Source: Vicugna vicugna
Lineage: Eukaryota
Assembly (NCBI GenBank): GCA_013265495.1
Contig: MU058337.1
Location: forward strand, 6,740,716-6,804,715
Reading direction: 5' to 3'
Length of the DNA stretch: 64,000 bases
Part shown: positions 26,780 to 38,464 of the stretch, one piece after another
Position numbering within the stretch: position 1 is the first letter of the stretch
How the letters are laid out: every line of letters starts with the position of its first letter
Notes under the pieces: model-generated
Told to the model about the DNA's origin: nothing
The model's input: the letters and a program-made list of their open reading frames with translations, nothing else
Database searches by the model: none
Made by a program: the position numbers and the translations under genes

Positions 26780-27345
26780 TTATTTTTATTATATATAATT
26801 GACATAAAACATATTAATTGCAGGTGTACAACATGCAAATGATTCAGTATTTGTGGATATGGCAAAATGATCACCACAGTAAGTCTAGTTAACGTCCATC
26901 GCCACACATCATTGCAAAACTGTTTTTTTTCTTGTGATGAGAACTTTTAAGATCTAACTTTAAGTAACTTTCAAATATGCAATACAGTATTATTATTAAC
27001 TACAGTCACTATGCTGTACATTACATCCCCAGGAGTTATTTATTTTTATAACTGGAAGTTTGTACCTTTTGACCCCCTCCACCCATTTTTCCACCCCCCC
27101 ACCCCCCCCACCTCCAGCAATATCTAAGAGCTCATTTTGTTCTAAGATTCTACATATCACTGAGATCATACAGTATTTGTCTTTGTATAACTTATGTCAC
27201 TTAGCATTAATACCTTCAAGGTCTGTTCATGCTGTTGTGAATGACAGAATTTCCTTCATTTTTTTATGGCTGAATAAATATTCCATTCTACGTGTATGTA
27301 CACACACGCCACATTGTCTTTCTCCTTTCATCCATCGATGGACAC
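26780..27345 (-). mobile_element. L1 3' end (L1MA-like), reverse orientation
   Basis: aaatgatcaccacagtaagtctagttaac, ttcaaatatgcaatacagtattatt and ttcatccatcgatggacactt. Confidence 0.8.
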
Positions 27346-28726
27346 TTATGTCTTTGTTACTTAGAGAACAGGAGAACAAGTTCACTGTACTGCTTCTGGG
27401 CTGCACAGACCTTCCTAGGAAACACTCCCTCTGCTGGACTCCTACTGATGTCTCTAGTTTTCTAAGCTGACCAGAGAATCCAAGAAGAGCACAGAATCAG
27501 AGATGCTCTGAGTTTCAAGGGCTTTCACAGGGATTTCGTTCCTGCCACGTAGCCCATGTGTGGATTTCCTGGACATGCCTGCCCTGGGCTTTCCCAGCTC
27601 CTGCTTGAGTATCTTCAGCATCTGCAATTCAGCACCTCCCAAGGGAATCACTTTTCCAGACAGAGAGCGCCTCAGAGCTACTCCTTACCAAGCCCAGTAA
27701 CATCTTGTAGCATCTCTCCGTAATCTTACTTCACCCTTGGCAGTGCGTCCCCTCCCCCGCCCCCTAATTTTTAACACCTCTTTCGTACAACAGCCCCTTT
27801 CGACAGCTGAAGACTGTCCTCCGGCCCCATCTTCTCTCCAGGACCAACACTGCCTGCCCTGTCAGCTGTTCCTCACGTGGCAGGTCTGCATCCCCTCCCC
27901 TCCTGATGCCGACTGGGACCACCAGAGCCGTGCCTGCGGCCCTGTAATACCACCCACCGCATCTACGAGCACACCAGTGTTAACTGGCAGTCACGCCACG
28001 ATGCCATTTCACACACTTCCCTTGGCTTTTCCGAACACATGACTGCCAAACAACAACCCGCCATTCAGTGCCCCCACAGTTGATTTTTTTAGGCTAAAGG
28101 GGAAGACCTGATGTTCTCTCTTCAGTGTTTTATATGCTGACTGCAGAGCCTGTAAATCCATCTTGCTAAACCAGTTTGTGTGTTACAGCTATTGCTCTTC
28201 GAAGGCGACTGCTAGCAGGTCCCCCTAGAACCCATTCCCCTTTATCTCCAGGGATTTGGCTGCCTCCCTAGGGATACTTTCCCAGCTTCAAATATGACTG
28301 GGTGTGGCCACATGACCAAGTTCTTCCCCATGGTTTATGAGCAGGAGTAACACAACTCCCAAAGCACCTGGTGAAGAAGCAGTTCCTTACCCTGGACTTC
28401 CCTTCTGATTCCTCCCTGCCAGCTGGAAAGGGAAACTCTGAGGGGCGTGTGGTGAGGATGACAGAGCTGCCCCACCAGCTCAGCCCTGATGACTTCCTAG
28501 AACAGATCCCGCCGGCCCACCAGGGACGTCACAAAAGGGAAAGAGACAACTGTGTTCTCTAAGCCACCATGTTCGGGGATTTCTTTGCTCCACTGTTACT
28601 AAAATATTTTCCTAAGCTTTAGTAATTTGCAAATTTGATGAGTAAACATGCTATATTTTCAAAGCAATCACTGATACATACTAATCAGGACAAGCAGGGA
28701 ACAAGAACATTGTAGAAATGTAAACA

Positions 28727-29330
28727 GTGGTTCCTTATGGTAATTCCTTAGAAAATTAAAAATAGACTTACTGCATGATCCAGCAATTCCTCTTCTAGAT
28801 ACATACCCAAAAAAACTGAAAGCGGGACTCAAAAAGATATCTGTACGCCCATGTTCACAACAGCATTAGTCACAACAGCCAAAAGGTAGAAGCAACCCAA
28901 GTGTCCATCAGCAGATGAATGGATAAATAAAATGTGGTGTATCCATACCACTGAATGTATTATTCAACCTTAGGAAGGACATTCTGACACAACATGGAAG
29001 AATCTTGAAGACATTATGCTAAGTGAAATAAGCCAGTCACAAAGGACAAATATTGTATGATTCTACTTACATGAGGTATATTGAGTAGGCAAGTTCATAA
29101 AGACCGAAAGTAGAATGAATGGTGGTTGCCAGGGGCTGGAGGGAGGGAGGGACGGGGGTTGTTTTAATGAGTATGGCGTTCCAATCTGGGAAAAGGAAAG
29201 AAGCTCTGGAGATGGCTTGCACAACAGTGTGAATTTACTTGACACTACTGGACCATACAAACTTAAAAATGGTTAAGAGAGTAAATTTTATGTTGTGTAC
29301 ATTTTACCACAATTAGGAAAAAATGTTTTA
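28727..29330 (+). mobile_element. L1MB-like 3' fragment
   Basis: gatccagcaattcctcttctag, cccaagtgtccatcagcagatgaatggataa and aaaatggttaagagagtaaattttatg. Confidence 0.85.
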
Positions 29331-29641
29331 AGATATATCAAGTTTGTCCCAAGGCCACTGTCATGTTTAACTCTTAGTAGATTATCAGGCACAAATAACG
29401 TTTAAAATGGAGTCTTCTCAAGGCCCGGGAATACATGGTCCCACAGAGGAAGACAGGTTCCTAAAAACAATAGGATGCTTCCAGAGAAGGCAGAAATGGT
29501 CTATAACCCAAAATGTTTTAGAGGAATGAGGACACGTCCACATAATACAGAAATATTTAGAAATTAACGTTAAAATATTTGTATTATCTTCAGCCAATAA
29601 TAGCTTTTTAAATATTTTATTTCAATCTCAACAAGACTTCA

Positions 29642-30123
29642 TACTACTCTGCCATAAAAAGAATAAAATAATGCCATTGCAGCAACATGGATGGATCTAA
29701 AGATCATCATTCTAAGGGAAGTAAGCCAGAAAGAGAAAGAAAAATACCATATGATATCACTTGTATGTAGAATCTAAAAAAGACACTATAAACTCATTTA
29801 CAAAACAGAAACAGACTCTCAGATATAGTAAACAGTCTTATGGTTACTGGGGAAAGGGGGTGGGAGGGGAGAAATTTGGGAGTTTGATATTTACAAATGT
29901 TAGCCACTATATATAAAAATAGATTTTTAAAAAGTTTATTTTGTATAGCACAGGGAACTATGCTCAATATCTTATAATAATCATTAATGGGGAAAAATAT
30001 GAACACAAATATATGTGTGTATATGCAAGGCTGGGACACTGTGCTGTACACCAGAGACTGACACACTGTAATTGACAATACTTCAATAAAAAAAGGAGAG
30101 AGGACAAAAGAAAAAACAAAAAA
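29642..30123 (+). mobile_element. 5'-truncated cetartiodactyl-type L1 with 12-bp TSD
   Basis: tatagcacagggaactatgctcaatatc, aataaa and an A-rich tail. TSD aacaagacttca at 29630-29641 and 30124-30135. Confidence 0.85.
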
Positions 30124-31915
30124 AACAAGACTTCAAATCAAGTAAAGAAGAGCTCCGTGACTACCTAGTCATCTGTGGGTGGCAGTAAAAGCACGGTGTT
30201 CATGTCACAGCAGCCCTGAATGACAATCAGTCTGGGACAAGTAGAAAAGATACTAGAGCAACTGTGTGAGTTCTCCTACAATAAACTGTGTTAACTTCTC
30301 TGATACAACAAATGTTTATCCTGCCCACACACATACACCCAAGGGCCTCTGCTCGACCAATCCTAACCTCTTTCTTTTTTGTCTCATTCTTTTCCTTGCT
30401 ATGTCTGTGATCATATCTGTTTAGAAACATTAGACATTAGTGTTGTGGGGACATGGTATAGTTTTCTTACAGAAAAAGAGACACAAACACTAGTCAAATC
30501 AAAACGCCTGTTTGTTGAGGGCCTACTGCATGTGAAGCACCCTGCTAGGTGCTCTGGGATTTGTGAGGACGTACGTGCCAGGTTGATGTTAACAAGATAG
30601 TCACACAATGTGAATAAATCTGACAGATGAGAGCAGTCAGAGATGAATAACAACACGGCCATAACTCCCAGCGTAACGCTACCTCCCAGCTCTAAAAATC
30701 GAGGACTACTTATTGATCCCAAATATAGAATTATGTTAATGCTAGAAGAATAAATCCTATGCTAGAGGCAGGCTGAAGCAGTCGGAGGGTCTGTGTCCTT
30801 CGGTCCAAACACACACACTGGCAGGCGAGCAGCGCTGCGGGGCCTTGGGGTGGGTGGGGTACGACGCACCCACTTCCTTCCCTTTTCTGTTCAGGTTCTA
30901 TTCAGACAGCGTGGCTTGCTGGTGGCAAGGGGCTGTATGAACTGACTGTATGAGTCATAAACTTCTCCTAAGGAACATCCATACGAAAAGAATTAGCAAT
31001 AAGAAGATGACATGGTTACAAAAACTCAACTGATTTGCCCCTGGTGCCAGACTAATTTTAAGCATAAGAGGGAGAGTTCTGGTAAAGAGCAATTCTGAGT
31101 AACTGAGAGCAGTACAGATTCATTACCAAGGAAACAAAAAGCCCGCACAATTTTTATGTCTTCCTCTGCAGGCTGATTATAATGTCTCCAGGAGGTTCTC
31201 TGCCACCAGGAAGGACAGCTCTCCTGAGAGAAGGTAGGAGAGCAAGTGACTAAGAGTACCCTCCTGGGCTTAGAGCCTGGGCAGCCTGGACCTGGTCCAT
31301 TCTCACAGCTACACTGTCTGCCTGCCATATACAAAAGGAAGGTTAAAGGAAAAAGGCTAAAAGTACATAGGCAAATTAGCTGGAACAATCTAACAATCTA
31401 CTGGAAATGGATAAATGTCTAAAGAATAAATAAAATCAAATACGCTAAGAAGAATAAGTTGACTTAAATTTAAAATAAGATTTAATACACATATCATAGG
31501 CTATGAAATGAAGACAAAGGCTGGGAGTTAATGGGACCCCCTCTGGATTCTGTGTGACCCTAAGTACCAACACACACACTCATGGCTCCCTGGAATGAGG
31601 TTTAACTAAATGAGTCCTGGACATGTTAAGGTTTCCATGCAGAAGATGTGAAGGCACAGACCCCACGTTTATCTCATGTCTCTCACCTCCAGTCCCACAC
31701 AAATTCAGAGGGAAACAAAGATAAAAAATACTCACTGCAATAGGAGGAGTTCCTTAGAAGTGCACAATGCCAGGATGGCGGGGGGGGGTCTCTGAGAAAG
31801 CCTCTTCCAACTCTCCCCCTCTTCTAGTTGCCAAGAGTGATGATCAGAGAAGTGAACTAACTCTTCTAACAATAACTCAGCTAATTAATTAGTAGCATAG
31901 ACAGAGCTCCAGAAC

Positions 31916-32460
31916 TGCTACCTATTCCCAGTCTGTAAAGCAGCTCTTTGCAGAAAACTGCCCTCAGCAGGAAACCCCTTTTCTTGACAATTTAGCAAAG
32001 CTACATGGTAACTAACTTTTAAATCAGGCAACACCCACCCCCTTCCCGGTCCAGGCCCTGGCACATCTTGCAAATCTTTTAATCGCACAACACCTCGTCT
32101 AACCTGTTGGTTCCTTTCACAGATCAAAGAGGTTGAAATGAAGAATAAGTAACTAGCAGATAACAAGATCTCTTCCCTAGCCTCCCCTGAAGAAATCTCG
32201 CAGACAGACTGTGTGAACAAGACAGCATCTAAAGAAAGACCACAAGGAGTCAACAAGCCCCAATCTCAGTGATGAAATGAGATTACTTCCCCTTTCCCAT
32301 CTGAAAATTTCATGGCCAAGCAGAATCATCGGAGTTGGTTTGGGAGAATGTGAGTCCACTTTCTCCCCAGGTTGCTGGCATTCTGATTAAAAGAAACTTT
32401 ATTTCTACCAACAACTGCTCCTTCATATTGATTTTTGAGTGGCGCGTGAATTTGGTAACA
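31916..32460 (+). mobile_element. Solo ERV1-like LTR
   Basis: Termini tgctacc...ggtaaca form an imperfect inverted repeat with TG...CA ends. ccccaggttgctggcattctgattaaaag contains an ATTAAA signal typical of ERV1 LTRs. No clean TSD is visible. Confidence 0.6.
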
Positions 32461-32714
32461 GTCCAGGAAAAACCTGCATATTCCACAAAGTAAAAAAGAG
32501 GACATTTCAGGCAAGACAATGAGAATTAGGATTTGATGTCTAGAACATGCACTTTACACAAGCTTATGAATGAGATGATTCAGAAATAAGACTTGAGACT
32601 CCAGGTGTTTTTAAAAAATTACTCATGGAAACAGCTTAAAAGAATCAGATACCCAAATTCAGTTCTTGCCAATTCAACGCCCAGGCTTTTTGATGTGAAA
32701 TGTAACACTCTCAG

Positions 32715-33178
32715 AAAAGTGTAGCGAGCTGGAAAGTCCACTTGCTTCTCTCCCTTCCCCACCCTGCTCTGTTTCAGAGGCTGAGGGTAAAGATTCCATT
32801 CAAAGGCTCAAGGGCCCGCACTTCTGTTGAGTTCTGCCAATGGGAGCCCCAGAGGACCCCGAGGCCAGGGGTCCTTATTCCCCTGGTTCCTTCCTGCCAG
32901 CTCACTGCAGGCTTACTGTCCCTCAACAGAAAGTCACCACTGCTCCCCCCGCAGTTTACTCTGCAGGGCGGGGGGCCCTCCAGATCCAGCAACCTCTCCC
33001 TTCCCTGATCTCTCTGGGCATAAGGGTGGTGAGCACAACAAGGCAACAGTCCTGCCCAAGGTCCCCCTTTTGTCATTAGGTCCCTTTCTTTTGTCATTAG
33101 ACCTTAATAAATAAGCCCTCCTTGATTTATTCTAATTTAAGCGAGCCATCTATTTTCTACTGAGACCCTTACAGATAC
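32715..33178 (+). mobile_element. ERVL LTR (LTR33-like)
   Basis: 3' end taatttaagcgagccatctattttctactgagacccttacagataca resembles the LTR33 terminus as I recall it. Confidence 0.6.
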
Positions 33179-33189
33179 AAGGATAAAAC

Positions 33190-33960
33190 AAAAACAGACA
33201 GCTTAATAAATTTGCACAGAATAAACACTCCAGTGATTAGCACTTGGGTCAATAAACAGAACTTGCCAGCATCCTGGAAGCTCTCCCGTGTGTCCTCCTC
33301 ACCGGGTATTACATGCTCCCGCAACCCACCAAAAGGTTTTATCACCTACACATGAATCCCTACACATTTTATTTCAGTTTGGTCTGCTTTTCTGAAATTC
33401 ATACAAATGGAATGGTATAATATGAATTCCTTCACATCTGGCTTTTTTCACTAAGCCAGACACATGAGATTTGCCGATGTTGTTACATGTGCCTATTACA
33501 TGATTCATTTTGATGGTGAAATGCATTTGTTTGTCTACACAACTGAATTATCCATTCTGCAGCTACTGAACATCTGGGTTGTTCCTAATTTGGAGAGATC
33601 AGGAATAATGCTACTATGATCATTCTGATCTATGTCTCCTGGTGCACAGGAACACACATTTCTGCCTAGGAGTGGGATCTGAGGCAGAGGGTGTAGTATC
33701 TTCATTTTCATACTTAATATCCAACTGTTTTCCAAATTTAAACTCCTACCAGCAACACACATGAAAAGTTCCTGTTGCTCTACACCCTCGTCAGCACTTC
33801 ATGGTGTCAGTCTTTTTCATTGTAGCCATTTTGGTGAGTGGGTGATAACGTCTTATTATGGTTTTAATTTTCATTTTCCTCATTACTTATGAGGTTGAGT
33901 GTACTTACATGTTTACCGACCATTTGGATGTACCCATTTTTTGAGTGCTTAAAAGTCTTT
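33190..33960 (-). mobile_element. Old L1M fragment, reverse orientation
   Basis: catctgggttgttcctaatttgg, cctaccagcaacacacatgaaaagttcctgttgct and ggttttaattttcattttcctcattact. Confidence 0.75.
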
Positions 33961-36900
33961 GGCTCATTGAATGGCAGAGATCTTCCTTCTGAATTAAATT
34001 TGCGGGCCGACAGAATCCAGCTACAAAACCTTTCCTTGGGAATAGCAACTCATCAGTGAAGGATGGGGAAAGGAAAAGATGGTCTATTCACTCAGGAGAC
34101 TTTTTTGGCAACAGATCAAATTACTCTTCTGATTATTCTCTATTAAGTAAGACCAACTTCAACAAAATTTACTGAAAGAAAAGCATAATACCATAATACA
34201 GAAAGAGCACAGAACGATCTCACAATCTGAGAGTCTTGAGTAAATATCGCTGGATTTACCATTCCCCCTATGACTGTGTCCTCAACAAACATTGCTGTTG
34301 GCATGAAGATTAAATTCAATGATGCATATAAAGCACTGAGACCTCTGCCTGGTGATTATTCACCTCTGATAATATAGGTAAGAGTAATGGCAGAGATAAT
34401 AAAAAAAACCCCAAGTAACTCTTTTCAAACCAACAACCTTCAGCCTTATAGATACGCAGTTACTTTTTAGTATACAGATGACTGTATACCAAAATCCTCA
34501 ACTACATACACCAGTATACAAGTTTGGGTTTAAGTAATTCAGTAACACACCTCTCATTTCTTAACCAGTACTGACTCTCCATAATTCCTTTTTCTTCTCA
34601 ACTGCTGCTTCACCATATTACTAGATATTTTCCCCTATAAACTCATCTCTATATATACTATCTCCTTTAACTGTGAGACCAGAATCTGTAAGAGGCAGCC
34701 AAGTACCTCACAACAACCAGAGAGCTCTACTCAATCCGCCGTCTCGGGGACCCTGATGGGCCTCCAGCCAGTCAGGGAAACGCAGACCCTGCAAACTCTT
34801 GGCCTGAGGTCCTGTAGGATTTCAGTGGATCCAGGACTGATTTCACTGCCATGTAGAAGCCTTCTCTTAAGATCTTCTAAGTAAGAGAATCTTTAATATA
34901 TTTAGGGAACTCTACTTTCATTGCCAATTCAGATCTATTTTAATGGGAAGTCACTACAGCAGCTGGGGCACAAAGGCGAGGACACTCATCTCCATACCTG
35001 AAGACACTGGGCCTGGCTGGCTGGGTTCAACTTATTTGCTGTAAGTAATTGTCTGATTGTCTGAAAAATTATAAAACTGCAACAAAAATTGTCAAGGAAA
35101 GAGAATTTGGGAAATGCTAAATTTATAATACAATTTAGGAAGTGGAAAGGAGGTTCATACTAATTTGGCTGTGAGACTATAGCTCTAAGTTGTCGGATTT
35201 AAAAATAGATTCAGACAAATAATTTCTCAATCTTCTTTACCCTGAAACCACTAATTCAACATATCTGCCCCCAGCCAGCCAAAAAAGAGGAGTAATTTCA
35301 GATGCAAGCTTGAAAAAGAAAGGGGTAGGGGACAAAAATTCCATAACATCAAAGTGGGAGACCATTAGGGCCAAATGGTAAGATTTTCACCCAAGTTCAG
35401 AGCTCTCCCCATGTCCCTCCCCACCTCTTCTTTCTGGGGACAGGCGGCCTACCAACCACTGTGGGCACGTGTGTGCTAAGGGCCACCCATGCTGGGAAAC
35501 ACACAATGACACAGTGGTCCCTGAGGACTAGGATAAGCCCCACCGACGCTTCCTGTGGTAAAGAGAAATGTGTTAAGAATGAGAACTGTAATTTTATCTG
35601 TGGCACAGACTCTGATGTAGGAGAATGTTCTATGATGGGGATTAACTCTATAAGTCTGTTAACTACAGCCTTCCTAATAATTATAAAATTGGCTTAATTA
35701 AATTATATTCACTCTAAAACTGGGCTTGAGTGCTAAAAGAAACACTCACTTAAGGTGTTTAACAACAATCAGAATTCAAAAATGGAGCTAAAACAGATTA
35801 TTTCACAAAGTGAAGGGAATGCTGTGAAATCCTTCTTCTACAAGGTGAAAAATTGCTTTCACTCATATTCCAAAATAAATGAGGAAATTAAACCTGTATG
35901 AATGGCCCCTGAATGAGATAAGTTCTTCTATCTGAATAAAAAATTCATCAGGTCCAAGTATTAAAGAAGCAAACCAGACACCATAAAAGGTTGATTCTTG
36001 ATCCACTGTTTACTTGCTTGCTGACAAATGGCTTGGGGGAACTATTTTTTACACTGTAATTCTTTTCTAGCATAAAATTATTGTGACGAGCCTGGAACAC
36101 AGAGAACAATGCTAAGTGCTGCACGGTCACAGAGAGGAGGAGAGGGGTTCACTGCTGGGCTGCCTACCTCCCTGTCTGCCTTATCCCCTCAAGCAGGTCA
36201 AAGTGTCCCTGAAGCTGACACTGGGCTCAATAATTGGTCCATGACTCCCTCAACCCTCCATCTCTTCACTCTTTCAGTCACACATTCAACCAATACTGCC
36301 TGTTACACACACACGTATACAACACCTGTGAGAACTCAAGGACCTCAGTTTAGCAGAGGATAAAAGGCAAGTAAACGACAATAAGACAAACACATGCCAC
36401 CACCCAGGTAAGTACCCAGTGCCAAGGCACCTTGCAGGGGCGACAACCAACAGCTTCAGAGGTCAGAGAAAACCTCCGGGAAAGGCAGCATTTAAACGGA
36501 GACTTAGGGGATAAACAGCAGCTGGCCAAGCCAAGAGATGGGGCGTGGTGGAAGGCTGTTCCAGGCTGGTGGAACGGCATGGGGAAGGCCAGCAGGAGCA
36601 AACAGAGAAAGTCCCCTCTGGTGAAAATGGAGGGGAAGGCGAAGGGGAGCCACCCTCAAGCTGCGCCTGTGGGGACTTCCTAGGTGCCCTTGGGTGCCTC
36701 TCTGAGAGAAAAGCATCTCCCTGTGTACAGACAAGGGGCTCTTTGAGTCCTTTATGAGTCTTAATGAGATGTATGTCATCACCCTATCTGCTGATTTCAG
36801 CAGCAGGGGCAACACTAATCAATACTCAATTGTCGAATACTTGTCACAGGTGATGCAAAACTAAGGCAGTGAAAAGACTGGATCTGCAGAGAAGAGTTTC

Positions 36901-38162
36901 GCTCTGCAGAAGAAACATCAACCTCTGACCCTGCATCTGAAACGTAACTCCATGTGTTAAAAAACTGATCAGTGCAATTCAGCAAGGAGCAGATCATGAC
37001 TGATGAATACACTGACGTCTTCACCTCACAACGGGAAGTCATTACAGCAGCTGGGGCACAAAGGCAAGGACCCTCAACTCCATACCTAAGACACTGGGCC
37101 TGGCTGGCTGGGTTCTTCAGGAAGTCACTGGCCCTCTCTGGGCTGCACAGGAAATAGCTGCTCTGGGTGTTGCCAACGCTTCTAAAACCCAATATTCTGG
37201 CATTATCACGATCAAAAGTACTTAATTACCAAAGGAAAAGACTTGAAAAACTTTTACAAGTCACAGACTTACTATGGTTTTGTCTGAGGAGAAAAAAAGA
37301 GCATGTGCCCTCAAACTTAAATTAAAAAACCAAGCAGTTAAGCTCATGTACTTTTTAAAAGCTGACAAATCATGCATAACCAAATATAAAGATAATTAGA
37401 ATTTTAGGACAAGCAAATGAAATTACGATTTTCTTTTAAAGAAAAGAGAAGATAAAAAATTTAATGTAACTAGGCAGGCAATGATTGGTGCTGCTCACTT
37501 CCCCTTTTGCTGGTTTCATTTCCCTTCTTGGGTTAAAATACTCCTAATATGTAAATCATTCCACTAAAGACTTCCAGAGTCCTGTCTCAGCAATTTGTAG
37601 GGATAATTATGCAAGAATTATTTCTAGATTTCCATGTGACAGAAAAGGGATACAAAGCACTGGGGACTTAAAAAAATAAAGCAAAGTGGGTTAATGTATA
37701 TGCAAAGCAGAAGCAAATAATTGAAGATCCCAAAATTTTAACCGTTTAGAAATGCTTTAGCAGTAAAAAGTGGATATTCTATAATTTTACTAAAGAGTTA
37801 ACTCTATTTGAGAGTTACTAAGTTCCAGGTTAGCACCTGGATTTTTCTGGTTTAGAGTCTTCAATCCTATCAAGATAGGTATTATCTCTATTTTAACTCT
37901 ATGGAAACTAAAGAGGAACAGAGGCTCAGAGTGCTTAAGCAACTAGACAAAGTCACACAGCTTAGAAAATGAAGAAGTTATACTATGAATTCCATTCTAG
38001 TCAACATCATTTCTCATTCTCTTTCAACAGATGATGCAGACTTTAAGCATCAAAGTAAACAAATTGAAGACATTTCCCCCCTTTTGTATGATTCTCTTAA
38101 ATATACGCCATCATTTCCAAAGGAGCTTATGCTAAGCATGACTTCATAAACAAATCATTTGT

Positions 38163-38231
38163 GAAAGAGAAAAACCACATCCAGGGTAAAGTCATAAGTT
38201 GAAAAGACCTTATTTCAGAGAGCACTTCCTG
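38163..38231 (+). promoter_or_regulatory. GPR18: Putative GPR18 proximal promoter with RUNX and ETS motifs
   Basis: AACCACA (RUNX) at 38173-38179 and CACTTCCTG (ETS) at 38223-38231, directly before the inferred exon 1. Confidence 0.55.
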
Positions 38232-38464
38232 AAAGAGACAAAGCAGCAATTACAGCTGAACAAGTACCAACTCCTATACACAGTATTATACTTGAAAGAA
38301 CTTTTTAAAGCAACAGAAGCGCCTACAACACAAGAAATACAGTATTTCTTAAATATACCATTTCTAGAAAGAGCTATTTTAACACAAGCAACTCAAAGAT
38401 CTTTTACAGAACTGAGTATACGGGAAAATGTTCCTCTCTAACACAGCCTTTTAATGGACAGGAG
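38215..38464 (+). other. GPR18: GPR18 non-coding exon 1 (5' boundary approximate)
   Basis: Ends at a consensus donor GAG|GTAAGT (38465-38470). The sequence resembles the human GPR18 5' UTR as I recall it (ggacaggag joined to tttctaag). Confidence 0.75.

Noticed and set aside
34470..34489. 8-bp inverted repeat gtatacag/ctgtatac
   Set aside because: It is short enough to be expected by chance in 64 kb.
38199..38441. 80-aa ORF over GPR18 exon 1
   Set aside because: It starts at TTG near or before the inferred TSS and has no recognisable product.
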